In this document: one piece after another, positions 1-13,194 of the stretch | How positions within the stretch are numbered: the stretch's first letter is position 1 | Layout of the letters: the number at the start of each line of letters is the position of its first letter | Assembly (NCBI GenBank): GCA_907165135.1 | Contig: OU015568.1 | Span: 8,618,001-8,682,000 of the forward strand | DNA: 64,000 nt | Source of the DNA: Oikopleura dioica | Taxonomy: Eukaryota; Animalia; Chordata | Direction: 5' to 3' | The notes under the pieces: generated by a model | Database searches by the model: none | What the model was told of the DNA's origin: nothing | Seen by the model: the letters and a program-made list of their open reading frames with translations, nothing else | Translations under genes and position numbers: made by a program

Positions 1-1254
1 GAATTGACCCTAGAAGAATCTTCATGAATGGAAGCATGAATGTCACTTCTGGCTTTGCTTTCGGACTGAATTACGATTTCCAAGACCCTGAGTTTACGAA
101 GATCGCGGAATATATCGACGGCTATTTTGCTGGACTAATGCATTACAATTTGAAGCAAGTTTGCAGCAATATTGTGCCGAGTTGGGTAATGCGATTTTGA
201 ACAAAATTGAATTTAAAAAGATCTTTCTCAAGGTCAACGAAAGTGATTACTACAATCAAATTTGGCGTAAAACTCCAGTTAGACATTTTGAAGACGCGGT
301 TCCACAGTTTCATGGTTATGTTTTTGAGGTTTGAGTGATTTTATTCTTGAAAATAAAATTGTAAAAGATCATCAAAGAGCAACGAAAAACACTTGACCCG
401 TCGAATCCGCGAAATTATCTAGGTAACCATAAACCTGTCCATTCTTCTCCTAAAAACTGTTTAGATACTCTGCTAATCGACGCAGAAACTGAACCAAAAT
501 GGGGCTACTTTACCGCTGCTGCGACAATTATTGGCATTTTCCTTGGTGCTAGCGACACTCTCGCGTAAGCCTTATATTCTTGAATCCCTCTTTATATATT
601 TAGAAATACGATGACATGGTTATCAATGATCTTAGCAGATCATCCAGACGTTCAGCAAAAAGTTTTCGAAGAAATCAAAGCTGCTCGTTCGATGGATACT
701 GACTTGAAGAAAGAGAACTGTCCGTTTACGAGGTCTGTCTTGCTCGAAAGCAGAAGATTGAATCCGGTGACAGACACACTCATTCATATGGTTTCTGAAG
801 ACACGAAAATCAAAGGGTTCACCTTTCCCAAGAACTCTCAAATCTTAGGTGCACTAATCATCAAATATAATAGCCAATAGATTCTAGGGTCCCTAACGGC
901 GATAATGCACGATCCCAAAAACTTCCGTGAGCCTTCTAAATTTATCCCTGACCGCTTCATCGACGAAAATGGCGAATTCGTAAATGACCCAAAGGTTTGC
1001 GGATTCTCTGTTGGGCTTAGAAATTGTATCGGAAAATCCTTGGCAATTGAGGAGTATTTCGTATTTGCGACGACTTTGGTGGAAAATTTCGAAATAAAGA
1101 GGTACGACCAAATTTTTGGTGTTTAAAAATTGGATTTTTAAGACTTGCTGGAAATATGGACATTGAAGCTCATCCCTTTCTTCGAATTCCAAAAGACGAC
1201 ATTCGCCTTCAATTTATCTCAAGAACCAAACCAAATGAACTTCTAACTAAATAA
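1..1254 (+). CDS. Cytochrome P450, CYP2-clan-like; 5'-partial, multi-exon
   Basis: The spliced reading gives the I-helix IFLGASDTLANT, the ExxR motif (ESRR), PDRF, and the heme motif FSVGLRNCIG. Short GT-AG introns lie at about 330-369, 423-464, 565-603, 849-888 and 1102-1142. The stop TAA is at 1252-1254. Confidence 0.92.
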
Positions 1255-2522
1255 ATAAATCGATCCGAAAGCCAATCAATTTTCATTTATTTTCTGTTGA
1301 GTTCGACTCCCAAAACAAGATCTAAAAATTAACCCGTTTCCGCCGCCCTGTGCACGTTAGGCACATCCTCTGATCGAAATTGATCAAATTTAAAAGTTCG
1401 CGACAATTTGCTCGCGAAATTAACAGCTCCCAAAACCGAGTTGCTTCCTTGCTTCCATTCTAGCGCGCCGATAAGAAACACCGAGCAATCAGCCCGGTTT
1501 TGGCACAGACGTAACTGATAAGCGCCACTTTTGCTCGGCGAAAAATATTTTTCAAACAGAAATGGTCATTATTCACCCGGATGGTCTTCTAAATGACGGC
1601 TCCCAGTTCAAGAAAACTTCGATAATAAATATTTTGAATACGAAAGAGCAAGTCTATAAGACGCAATTTCCAAATGATTCTTCGTTTTTTCGCTAAAAAA
1701 CTCTATGAACTAAAAGTTCATTCATTCTTTCTTACCGCTAAAACTCTTGAAATACTGTTGAAATGATGATGAATCTATCATCTAAGATGATCGTTTTTGA
1801 CCACGACGAATAGTTCACAAAACTCAGCGGCAATCTACGGCGAAGGAAAATGACCGGTTATTATTGTTACGAAAGGAGTTAGATTGAATGGACCGGAAGG
1901 CCCCGACGAGCACTTAGAGCACTCGGCCGCAAGAGAATGATGTTACATGCTCTTTTAAAATGTGGAAATGTGGCGAAAAGCTCTTCACAAGCGCAGCAGC
2001 TCGGGTTTAGAAAGTTTCATCAAAAAAGAAATGGTAGAGTTGTCGAACACCGCTTAAAGCAGCATTTGAACATCGACGTGTTCTCCCCTACTTTTTGAAC
2101 GCAGTGATTTAAAATGAAATTATGTTGAGAAATTTTTGAACGAGGGAATTTCTGATTTCAAGCTCTAATTTGAGAGACTGACGTGGCAAATGATCTAGTG
2201 CGAAAATGTCTTTAATTGATTGTAGAAAAAGTTATATTTAGGGTAGATTAGAGGGTTTTCTTATTCGTAATTTTTGTAACCAAACGTGCCAACGTGCGCA
2301 GATAAGTAGACATCTAGGAAAGATTTATGAGTGCAAATCCGCATGAGTTCAAAATAATACGTTCCATGAAGTCGGGACAGGTGCCTGTTGTAATCGGCAA
2401 TTTTAAGAGCTTTGCGTTATTTCCATCTTTTTCTACCTCCAGAACAAGTATATTTCCGAACATGTAATGCTAATCCTAACCCTTATTTAGCAGCACCAAA
2501 TTGATTCTTGATCATTTTAGAG

Positions 2523-2594
2523 TAGGGTTGGCCATCCTAAATATGACCAAATTTTTCACCCCACGTGACCTCGACCCAAAGATGGCCAACCCTA
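2523..2594. mobile_element. 72-bp hAT-type micro-MITE
   Basis: Perfect 14-bp TIR TAGGGTTGGCCATC...GATGGCCAACCCTA, flanked by an exact 8-bp direct repeat TTTTAGAG (2515-2522 and 2595-2602). Confidence 0.85.
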
Positions 2595-3506
2595 TTTTAG
2601 AGCTCTCTTTGTCCGATTGATTTCACGTAAAAATGCACCTTCCATATTCCGTAACCAAATAGGCCAGCCTGTCCTGTCAAATGTCAATTGTCACTTAGCA
2701 ATGCGCCCTAATCGTAGCGGCATGCATTTTTTCTTCGCTGTAATTCATAATCTTGTAACCGCACGAGATTCAGACAGTTCAGATTGTCGAGCCGCGTGTT
2801 TGTTATTCTACCGAGTATGTTAGGAAATTTTTATGGGTAGGAGATTGCTACTTGAGTTGCCCGGTTGATGCTCAAGCGTTAGGCACGTTTTTTCAAAGAT
2901 TAGATCGTTCATAAACCTTTTGATACAATTTTTACCCGGGGAGAAATTAATGGAGTCCTAGCTATTTTCTCTTGGTGCGAAATTATCGCGGCTTTTCGCT
3001 GTTCCTTGAGTACACCGCATTTCTTTCTCGGCGCTAAATAGTATCCCAGGAGTTTTTTCTTCAATGACTATTTTCGCCTTGAAATAAAAATCAATAGAAC
3101 ATTGTAACAGTTCTGAAAAATACCAGTTCCGGAAGCTTTCTTATAGTCTAAAAGGCGCCTCGTTGCGCGAAAGCGAAAACAAAAAAGTCCCTAAATACAA
3201 AATCATCGGCTTAGGCTTTGAACGGTGCTCGGCTTGATTATATCAGATTCCGGCGACACTAGATCGCGGACAACGTGCGCAACGCGCTGTTCATTATTTG
3301 AGATCCATAATTTTTAATTGAGCCCGCCTAAGTTACGCGCTGAACATAACGCGGGATCCAGCGGATTCTAGGAAGCGAGATTAGTTCAGAACAGATAATG
3401 AAGCTACATGACTCATGTAACATGAGTACTTTTTGTGATAAATCAGTGATACACTGTATGCATTTGCGACATATACAAAACCGATACAGTCCTGAAGATC
3501 TCGATA

Positions 3507-3785
3507 CAGTGAAAACCCAAAAATTGCCCACCCAAAATTTTGCCGCTTTTTGTTTAAATCCGTCTTTTTTGGAACCTGAAATCAACCCAAAAATTGGCCG
3601 CTTTTTCATAAATAAAAAATTTTCCATCAAAATTGGGCCCAAGTGATGCTATTTCTGATCAATTTTAGTTTTTTTAAAGCGTTTTAGTCATTCTTATTTT
3701 AATTCTTTCGGCAAAAAACCCAAAATTTGGCCGCTTTTTTCGGGAATTTATATATGAAACCCGGCCAATTTTTGGGTTTTCACTG
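3507..3785. mobile_element. Tc1/mariner-type MITE (~280 bp)
   Basis: TIR CAGTGAAAACCCAAAAATTG...CAATTTTTGGGTTTTCACTG with TA on both sides (3505-3506, 3786-3787). Internal sub-repeats of CCCAAAAATTGGCCGCTTTTT. Confidence 0.8.
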
Positions 3786-4110
3786 TATATTAAGCTACAA
3801 GATTCCGAAAGTACGTTTCTGGTGTAAGTACATCTATATTCTCAACTGTCGTTGTCCTAGAAAAAAATAAAAATGGCCATATAAATTCAAAATTATGGTC
3901 CTTGTGAAATGAGAAAATCAACAAATGTTTTCAGGTATAAACAGAGCTCCTTAGCAGGAGCAAGATTTTATTGTTCAATTGTTCTCAATAATTCAATTTC
4001 TTACAGATTGAAAAAATCAAAGTCGGCTTTCTTCGGTTAGAATTTTTGTACAGGCTTATTATTATTTTTCTTCTTTATATACATTTGTCAAAAGTACTAG
4101 TTATTAGTTT

Positions 4111-7107
4111 CTAGCAGCTTCCGATTCCGACCAGGCGGTTGTCGCAGCATTGGCTCTTGTTAGCGTCGAAGGGGTGACGTTTTGGATAGCTTCCACAGCA
4201 TTGTTCCGGCTTTTTCGAGGGTCGAGGAAAAATAGAAAAATAGTCAAGGTGAAGCGACTGTCAGAAAAGGCGATAAGGAGAATAAATTCGTTCCCAAACC
4301 CTTCAAAATTGAACTAAATTCGAACTACTGTTCTTTTTGACTTGATTTTCCAGCTTAACTTTTGTAAGATAAAACGAAACGTGGAATAAATGACTGGTAC
4401 TGACTAATTATTATTGATAAGGGGCACGAGCCGATTTCCGGAAGCATAATTCAGAACCTCCGGTGAACAGTCTGACGTGCTGAGAGGCGTAAAATCCCGA
4501 TTCGAAATAACAAATCGCACACGTCTTTATACCGCCGTATTATATTGTTTTAGCCGGCTTAGGGTAACTTTCCAGGTAGTGATTTCCTGGAACTGGAGTC
4601 CTTTGGACCCTTTCCTGTTTGTCCTTGGTTCCATTAAACTTCCATTTTTCCTGAAGAGGCGCGCTGGGCTGCCCACCACCTGAACACATTTGCTCACGAT
4701 TAAAACCAAACCTTTCGTGGAGCTGTTGCTTCCATTGCAAAGATTCTTGAACGATTCCGCGGGCCATTTCTCGGTCGCACTCGCAAAGATTTCGCCGACA
4801 CGAGTTTTGGTTGCTATCTGAAATGCTTGAGGTAAACGACCGTTGTTCCAATGGTAAGCGAATGGTTTTGGCACAAAGACGCTGCCGTGGCATTTGAAAT
4901 TCTTGTGTTTTGATCAATCAACGTGGACGATACCGTGAAGATACCATAATCGACACAGTAAGTCTATTCGAAGCTTGAACTTACCGCAAACGATATTTCT
5001 TTCGCCCGTGATATCATCAATTTCGGCTTTGAAAGAATAGCTGAAAATGGGTCCTATGTTGGTCTTTCTCGACCTTAAAAATTTTCATTAATCGGATTGA
5101 CCCGTTGGACCCAATCTTGTATCCTTGTAGTCGCATCCTTCCATCTCCAAGCATTTGTAGCACTGTCGCAAGTGAAAGCAAGTTCTAAAAAAGCGCATTA
5201 GATGAGCTCATAATTGTACCCATATGGACTAATTTTCATTCACATTCATTCGAGTTTTGCTTCAATTACCACTAATGAGCCTTTTCGGCCTCTTTTTTTA
5301 CCGTTGCCGAAAGTTTTTTTTTTATTTAAAGCTTTATTTTTCTGAAAATTTTTTAACCCTTAAACTCCTTGTTAAAATTTATCATCAAAAATAGTCCCAA
5401 AAACTGCACGTCTCAATCCAACCCCAAGTCAAAAATGAATTTGTAAGAAACGAAAAAGGAGGAGCTACCTCTCGTGGCCATTTCGTCAAATTTGCCTCTC
5501 GTGGCAAGTTGCCTCTCGTGGCCATTTGCCTCTCGTGGTCATCACGTATCGGCTTATTTGACGTAAGGCATTCAGATGATAAGTTGGGTGTGAAAGATTC
5601 TTTCAAAAATACTTCGAGAAGCATGGGTATTACTGGGATATTATTTCTTGAGACAAGCCAAAAGAAATTATTAATAAATATGAACGAATTGATCAAAAGT
5701 CATACTCTTTTCCAGTTTTTTTCTGACAGAAAATAATAAAATTATTCAAAAAAATATTCTATCTTGATATTTCTTTATAGAATACTCGAGAATAACCTGA
5801 CTTCTAAAAAATATGAGGTGCGTGAAATCTCCTCTTCGAGAACAATTTGGATACCCTAAGGTTCGTTAGAAGATACGTGATGACCACGAGAGGCAAATGG
5901 CCACGAGAGGCAACTTGCCACGAGAGGCAAATTTGACGAAATGACCACGAGAGGTAGTTCCCCACGAAAAAGCTGGTCTCGATAAACCTCACCGTGGTTG
6001 ATGAGTCCTTCTGATTTCGGAAAAGGAATGGGAAAGTTTAGCGCGCAGCGCGGTCCAGCGCTTGATCGGACGTTTAGACGCGCGCTGGAAACTTATAACA
6101 AAGCGAGAATTTTCCTGGAGCTGTAAAATTGTAAAATTTTCGAACGGAGTAAATGTGAACATTTACTAGAACTTTCGGGCCGGCTCATCCTTTCGGAACC
6201 ATCTACCAAGGGAACTAGGGGTTTAAAAACTGGATTCTTACCTATCAATTGGGTCAAGTGCGGGTCCTTTTCCAACCATAATGTCCGTCGATCCGTCCGG
6301 AAAGCACCAGCAACCATATCCGCAAAATCTAAAAGAGAAAACCGTGAGGATCCTTTTTCACGAACAGGATTATGCATTTCTCAAACCACAGGGTGGAATA
6401 CTTCCGAACCCGTAATTCGCAATTAGCCCCCAACTGATCAACTCACTTGTCATATTGTCCCATCGCCTTCGCTCCAAGCATAAAGTTGATCAGCTGCTTC
6501 ATCTGAACAAACTTGCGCACTTGGATTTTTTGCTCGCTTGGGCGCGGATTCGGGTATCGAGAAAAGCCTCGGACGGACTGAAAGAACGAGTTTAGTTTTT
6601 CAGAGAAAGCAATAAAGGGGACTTACTCGTTTGTCTTCCAGTTGAGCCTGGATATGGTCCGGGAACTCGGTTATGTTCACGTACCAATCCAGCTTTTGAG
6701 CAGTATCTAAAACCGGTTAGCGATGTCTTTTCATTCACGAAGTTTCTAGTCAACATTTTGAACACCACAATAAAAAAACGAATTCCCCAAATAAATATTC
6801 AATTATTCGCGTGGGTCGTGATTAAATCAATACAAATAAAAGGATAAAGTTCATATACATAACTGGAATACAAGATTGCGTTTAATGTTCCTGAAATAAC
6901 AATTATAAAAATAACTCAATTAATGTCTATTTCAGATAAAAACCACCATCATTCACCATCAATATAATATCTCGGTACTACAGTATAATTTGCACTGCAA
7001 CTAGAAAAAAGCCTTTTTTTCTGCTTACCATAGAAAACAGTCTCTGCTTTTATCATCAAAATCAGCAAAAACAACAAAAGTTTCTTCAACAGCATCATTT
7101 TTCCCAT
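4111..7107 (-). CDS. Secreted phospholipase A2-like protein with substituted catalytic dyad and a Cys-rich C-terminal module; multi-exon
   Basis: Signal peptide MGKMMLLKKLLLFLLILMIKA. Later exons encode RKFVQMKQLINFML, FCGYGCWCFP...GKGPALDPIDR|TCFHLRQCYKC, SCRRNLCECDREMARGI, and a last exon CCGSYPKRHPFDANKSQCCDNRLVGIGSC*. Some internal junctions are unresolved. Confidence 0.75.
5459..5963. mobile_element. Mutator/foldback-like MITE (~505 bp) inside a PLA2-like intron
   Basis: ~90-bp inverted arms built from 4 copies of CCTCTCGTGG (5459-5548 versus 5873-5963). Exact 9-bp direct repeat ACGAAAAAG at 5450-5458 and 5964-5972. Confidence 0.8.
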
Positions 7108-8067
7108 TACAACTGCTCTGACTTTTCGACGATTTGGAAGTGACAAAAAAGGAAATGTGTATATATAAATCACTGGTCTCGAGTTTGAGGCCTTATCAAG
7201 GAGCCAAACGCGCGGTGCTAAGCGCGCGCGTGGATGGCGCATGCGAACGCCGAAAGGTGGCGCTGACATCGAAAATTCACGAAAAGAGTCATCGCGTCGA
7301 TAATGACTGGAACGAGAATGATCACTTCCTTTGGTGACGATTGGGCTTGGTGATTAACTGAAAGCATGATTATTAAAGGTGTTAGGTTCACTGAGGGTCC
7401 TTTTTTATCGACTAATTTTGAGCTTTTCAAACAGAACTTCTGTTACAGAAGTATAAGTAGAATGTTAAAGAGTTCAGGATTATACTGTATTCAGTTAATA
7501 AATCATAACACATTGTTATTTTTTCATATTTGTTCTAGGCTTGAATTTCAAGCTGAATTTCAGGTCATAATCAAGGTATGGTTCAAGAAGTCCAAATGGA
7601 CGAAATATATTTTCACAGGTGATTTTATCAAGATTTTACAGTCTTCGTCTGAGTTGAGGACAAAGTTGTTAGTATCTCATGAAAAACATCAAATAGTAGT
7701 AGATATTCAAAAAACAATTATTACTTGATTTTCTTCATTTTTGTTTCATTTTATTTTGAATGACCTTTTTCGGTATAACCGCCTCTTTATACCTCAGCCC
7801 GTCTCCTTGACCGCTCCCATCGATCTCAGCAGGGGACTATGTCAAGTTTCATGTGTCAATATTTACCATTGTCTTTATATTTGCATAAGGCAAAACCTAA
7901 AAAAGTTCGCTGTGTTTTCCTAAAATGAAAAAAGTAGGGCAAGTTCAATTGAGAGAGGCACTTTATTCACAAGCAGATAATTTGCGAGGCATTCGTGTTG
8001 GATCAAATGTGAGAAACTGGACAGAAACGGAGCTTCAAGAGCTTGAAAAAACAACGGTTCAAGTTGA

Positions 8068-9980
8068 CTACAACCACGGTGCGCTGCCGGCCACGGACGG
8101 ACTCGCCGATGAGTAGTCTGAAGTGGACTCTGCTGTCGACTCTGCAACGGGAATCGGCGCGTATTGCTAGAATAACATCGATGATTAAAAATTTCTCTTA
8201 TTGCATCATTACCTGTGGAGGCCTTGGTTCCATCGGCGACTCAACTTGCCGTTCTTTAAAATCGTGCGCATCGTCACTACAACAGCCCGTCCGGAAAGCT
8301 CTAAAAACTCCTTTATATTCCATCGTAAACGAGGTCATTGCATAATTTGAGCTCGAGAAAAAGTCATCAAGAAAGTGTGTGAGACGATTTTTTCGGAAGC
8401 GGGAGATTTGTTTTATGCAAATTGGAGCTCGTTTAGAGCGCGCTAACGCAGATAACATAAATTTTTAAATTTATCGAAACGTTTTTAAACAAATTTTGAA
8501 TCGATCTTTGGCCTTATATCTCGCTCAGCATTGAAAAAAAATGTTTTATCAACATTGTAACCCAAGATAACCTGGTCTACTGAAGAATACCAGTGAGCTC
8601 GAGAAAGAAAAAAAGATTGAGCTGAAAATTAGCATTACCTCCTCCAATCGGTGTAGAAATAGATTGCTCCAGTAATGTATGTTGAAAACATCATTCCCCA
8701 GCCCATATAAATACACGGCCCGAATTCATAACTTTAATGAGTCCAAATCAATTTTCATTTTCTTTTCGATGATCTTGAGGGTTCATAGACTATGAATTAT
8801 AGTGAGCTTGGACTAGTTTCCTGAATCGCTGATCTTTATGAGGATGTTCATATTCGTATAAAATATTCGATGCATACAATGACACGCATATTCCAAGCAT
8901 CGTTCCCGTGGCAAAATTTAAGCATCCACAAAGAATACCTAGAGAGAATGTCTCAATCATGCGCTAGAAATCTCTAACTTACCGACTCTAGCTTTTCCTC
9001 TCGGACTCATGTCCGCCCAGTTAGAGCAATCTCCTTGTATCAGCCCGAGAAACGCGGCAAGAGCAGAAGTGACAATTGACGCAACAGAAAACGTACTAAA
9101 AACATGTGTTACCGAAGAAGTTCCGAAATCCCCAAGTGTCCCGACCTCTAAATTTTCAAAAAACGGTTCAAACGTGGAGCAGACTTACCGCATCACTTGA
9201 ACCCAAGCAGGGAGCCCCAGGATAGACTTAGCGTAGAAATCGCACTAAAACCACAATTTACTCATTCCAGTTTGTAGCGCAGTAAAAACGATGCTTCTCA
9301 AATATTTTTTCGAACATCCGAATTTCAAAAAAAAATCTATCATTACCTGAATACGAATGATACTGTTCATTGTACAGCGGAACCAAACCCCGTCAAGAAG
9401 AAAGATACCCTTAATTTTTGTCAAATAAAAATCGCTATTCCCAAAATCAGAGTCTGACCTTGACATTGACATTAGCACCGGCTTGATCGTCCCTTCGCCA
9501 GCCGGGATAGAGGCAAATAACAACAGTGATAATACAGTTTGCAACAGAAAGAAAATAAGCAAGTATTGGCAGATAACGAAAGCTGAAGACGTCGTAGCGA
9601 TAAAGGTCGTAATACTTAAATATTCATCTTTGAGAAAACAAAACTTTTATTGATTCAGTAGTATATTACTGTCCGGAATATTCTGACTAGCTAAACTCTA
9701 GTTCAGGGTTAGGGTTATTTTACATAACTTTTATAATTCAAAACTTGATCTAAATTTTAGATTCTAAAACTAACAATTTTAGTCTTATTCTGTCAAGTTT
9801 TCTATCAAAAGACCGAGTCTCTCATAAATAAAAACTGTTGTTTTTTTCCTGAAATTTTCAGATTTTAGAAAATTTTCAGACTCAAAATCCATCACAAACA
9901 AAATTCTGCTCGTTTATTACCTTTTGCGCTGCTTCCTGCAGCGCCTTGGCCTCTTCTTCTTTATTTCTAACCCTTCCCAT
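8068..9980 (-). CDS. Claudin-like tetraspan membrane protein; multi-exon
   Basis: Spliced exons give TM1 ILAYFLSVANCIITVVICLYPGW, loop signature DGVWFRC...CDFYAKSILGLPAWVQVMR, TM2 TFSVASIVTSALAAFLG, TM3 ILCGCLNFATGTMLGICVSLY and YEFGPCIYMGWG before TM4. The assignment of the tail exons (about 8360-8068) is less certain. Confidence 0.75.
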
Positions 9981-11799
9981 CGATCACATTCTCTGTTCAA
10001 AATTCTTCTCCATCCAAAACAATGATTTCCTCAATATCGTGAATATGTTGTTTCAATATCTCTCGAATTCAAATAACGCCGCTGCCAGTTGAGAAAGAAT
10101 CTGCGCCCAGTTGATTTGAGCAAATGTCACAACTCAGATTTTATGCAGTCTTCGCTCTACGGAATTTGTCGAAAATTATTTCTCTTTCTGGCTCTTTTCC
10201 AACGCAGATTTTTGAGAATAAAATTGTTGAACTTCAAGAGCGCTAGAATTTATACTTGTTGGTTTATTCTCAAATGACATCAGGGGCTACATCACGCGAC
10301 GTACGATTGTTATTGTCTTTTTAAAAAAGATCGAATGGCCTTGTAAAAAGCTGTCTATCTTGGCAACCGGATGGAGGCAACCCTGGGTCAAAGCTGGAAC
10401 TAGCCTCAACTAGATTAAAATATATATTTCTCAATCTCTTGTCTAACTGCACACCGATTTATACGGTATTTTATTAGATATAAAGTCGAAAAATTTGGCT
10501 TTCCAAATTATTGTAATAGAACACAGCTTGCCTAAAAATGAATTCAATGAAAAGTGAACGTAGAGTTCTTGTAAGATTGGATTAGCCAAACATTTGTGAC
10601 TAAATTCCGGATTGCTGATGCAGTATTTCAGCAGAAGAGATGCTCACTTTCAAGCTATTTGAATTTTAAAACTTATCAAAATTTGAAAATATAAATCGAA
10701 AACCATTTCTTTTCTTAAAAAAGTAGGGCTGAATGTCAATGTCTGCCATAAACCAGGTCAAAAGCGAACTGCTCTATTTACATTTGTTCTCAATGACGTA
10801 CTAAAGGATGTTTTAAAAGATTCTGCTTTGCTCAATAAAATCTTTATCGCATCGAACTATTTTGGAATATTTCAGGTCAACAGCGAAATTCCCAGTTTCC
10901 CTGCAATCTTCATCCGAATTTCCTGCTTCGAAAGAGTGAAGTAGATATTGCAATGTGAACTTTTTCTGTTCACCCTCTTTCGTTCTTAATCTTTCTCACG
11001 AGAGGACCCATGACAAGTTCGACAAACAGGAGCACGTTGAAAATCGCTGTCAAGCACTAAGGGTCAACTCAGCTTTCAAAGAAAATCAATGCAGCACATT
11101 TTGTGAGCGTTCGTTTTCTGTTTGTAAGCTGTCGGGCGGAGGTTTGTTAGTCTCTAAGAGAAGCGTGGTTTATATCACTGACCATGTCAAAAAGTAGAGG
11201 ATTTTACAAGTTGAGCTCTGTGAGATTTAACTACTCACGTTTTTTCGTTCCAAAAACGATCGTTGTTCCATAAAACTTCATCGAAGAAAAGCCTCTTTCG
11301 CGGAAGAAAATCTTTGTTGAAATAGCTTCCCACGTTCGGGCCCTTCCTTGATGACCGCGAAAAATTCTAGCGCCTGAAATGAACACGTATTGCCGATAAG
11401 CTGGCAACTTTGATAACGATAAGCTAACGGACTTCCGACATTCCATAAGTGCCATTCCGTCATTTTCCCACTTTGACGACCCAAATTCTTTTCCACGAAA
11501 ATCACCTTATTCAGAAATAATTTTTTTCGGCATTTTTGTTTTGCCACATGGTCTTTCCTGGAAAAGAAAATGATACAGTATCATTCAGTCTGAAATCAAG
11601 GAGGACTAATCAACTAAAAATCATTGAAAATTGGAAGACCCTTATTTCTCTAGAATGCTAATTTTCCTTCAGCCGATTTTAGTTGTTTTTCATTTCAGGT
11701 CAAGACCTCCAACGGTCCGTTCTCCCCGTAACAGAGGTAAGTTTGGTTATAATTTTCTTCTCATTACTTTCTTTCGTCCAGTCGTCTGAATAATAAAGA

Positions 11800-12903
11800 A
11801 TGGGAAAGATATCGTTGCTTCAAGCTCCAACATTGGAAATTACTTGTGATGATGATGATATGTTTCTCGGCGATTACGATTCGGATGGCTTTTCCGATGA
11901 CGACAATGAGTACGATGATGAAGAAGAGGATCTTTTAGACGATAAACAGGTGACCTGGCTTTTTACTCGTGAAAAGTAAAGTTTATTTTTTAGTTGAAAA
12001 GAGAGTTTATCTTTTACTGGATGATAATTGTCCCTTTGGGGCTAGCTTTAATCGTGTTCATTTGTGTGGTGCCTTGGCTTACTCAAACCAGTATTGTCAT
12101 GGTAAGAGTCCTTTCAAACTCATTGTTAGGAGTGATTTAGGTACCATGTTGCATATGTGATGACGATTTCAAACTACAGCTGCATGAATACAATGAAGAT
12201 GATAAGGTAGGCCTCGAACATAATTTCCAACATCCCAATTTTTTCCTAACAGACAAGTATCGAAGACTTCATCGCAGCAAATACAGGCAAAGTCAACATA
12301 GAAGGATCAAATAAAACTAAACTCGAGCCTCCTCATCAATCTCTTTGCCTAAGTACTACGAATTTTGGAAGATTTTTGAAAACTATCGACATTTTCAGAG
12401 GTCGCAGCGCAGTATTTCATCCCAGCCTATTATCGAACTCTCCACTCCGAAAATCTGAACCAAACCGAAGCTCAAAGTTTAATGGGACAAAGGTACGTTT
12501 CAGATAGTAACTGGTTCTTAAATCAATTCTAGAGAAGTGTGCCCATCAAACAGGTTCGAAAATTTGCGACTCATCGAGCAAGATGCCAGCGTTGATGAAC
12601 CTAACAACTGGAGAGTTTACGACATCACGTCGAATACGCTTTACAAAGAGATTCTTGCTGGCGACGATTTCTCAAGTCAAACATGTACTCAGGAACGTTC
12701 ACCAAATTTAGCCCGTTCTAGACAATTTTTTGTGAACAAAATTTTGTTATTTCATTTGGAAGTTTTTTGTGAACGGTTAGGATTTTTCTTACAACTCCGA
12801 TTGCTCGGTCGAGTACGACCGAATGACAAAGATGATCGACGGAGAAGAGCATCTTATCCGATCTGAAGGCAACTCCACGACCTTGAATCTTTACTGCAAC
12901 TAA
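11800..12903 (+). CDS. Uncharacterised single-pass (type II-like) membrane protein; multi-exon
   Basis: In-phase chain of GT-AG exons: acidic N-terminus (DDDDMFLGDYDSDGFSDDD), hydrophobic span WMIIVPLGLALIVFICVVPWL, then Cys-containing exons ending NSTTLNLYCN* at 12903. No family recognised. Confidence 0.5.
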
Positions 12904-13194
12904 TAATTTTTATATGAAATAAACTACTATTTATTTAAATTCCGACGTTATTATTGCTTGTTTTTTTCAAAGAAAGAAATATCGACAGCTAACTACTTGG
13001 CGTCAGAAAGCCCAGATTATTTAGATTGAAGTAATTAAGAAGGCAAGGTGCACTTGATCGTTTCGTAGGAGGCATCGTGTGGGCACTTACAATCATCCAC
13101 CTGAAATCTCCCTCCGGCAGGGATATAAGTTGAGTGTCTACGTTAAATCTAGTCATTCAAATAACCAGAAAAACGAGAGAGACTTCCGAAAAAA

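Noticed and set aside
1860-2100. ~70-codon open stretch (WTGRPRRALRALGRKRMMLH...)
   Set aside because: No recognisable domain, no convincing start or splice chain, and short enough to arise by chance.
7300-8120. Plus-strand gene suggested by ORFs 7366-7728 and 7925-8116
   Set aside because: There is no coherent exon chain. The distal part is better explained as the antisense of the claudin-like tail.
9705-9720. Telomere-like AGGGTTAGGGTTA
   Set aside because: Only about two units, which is expected by chance.
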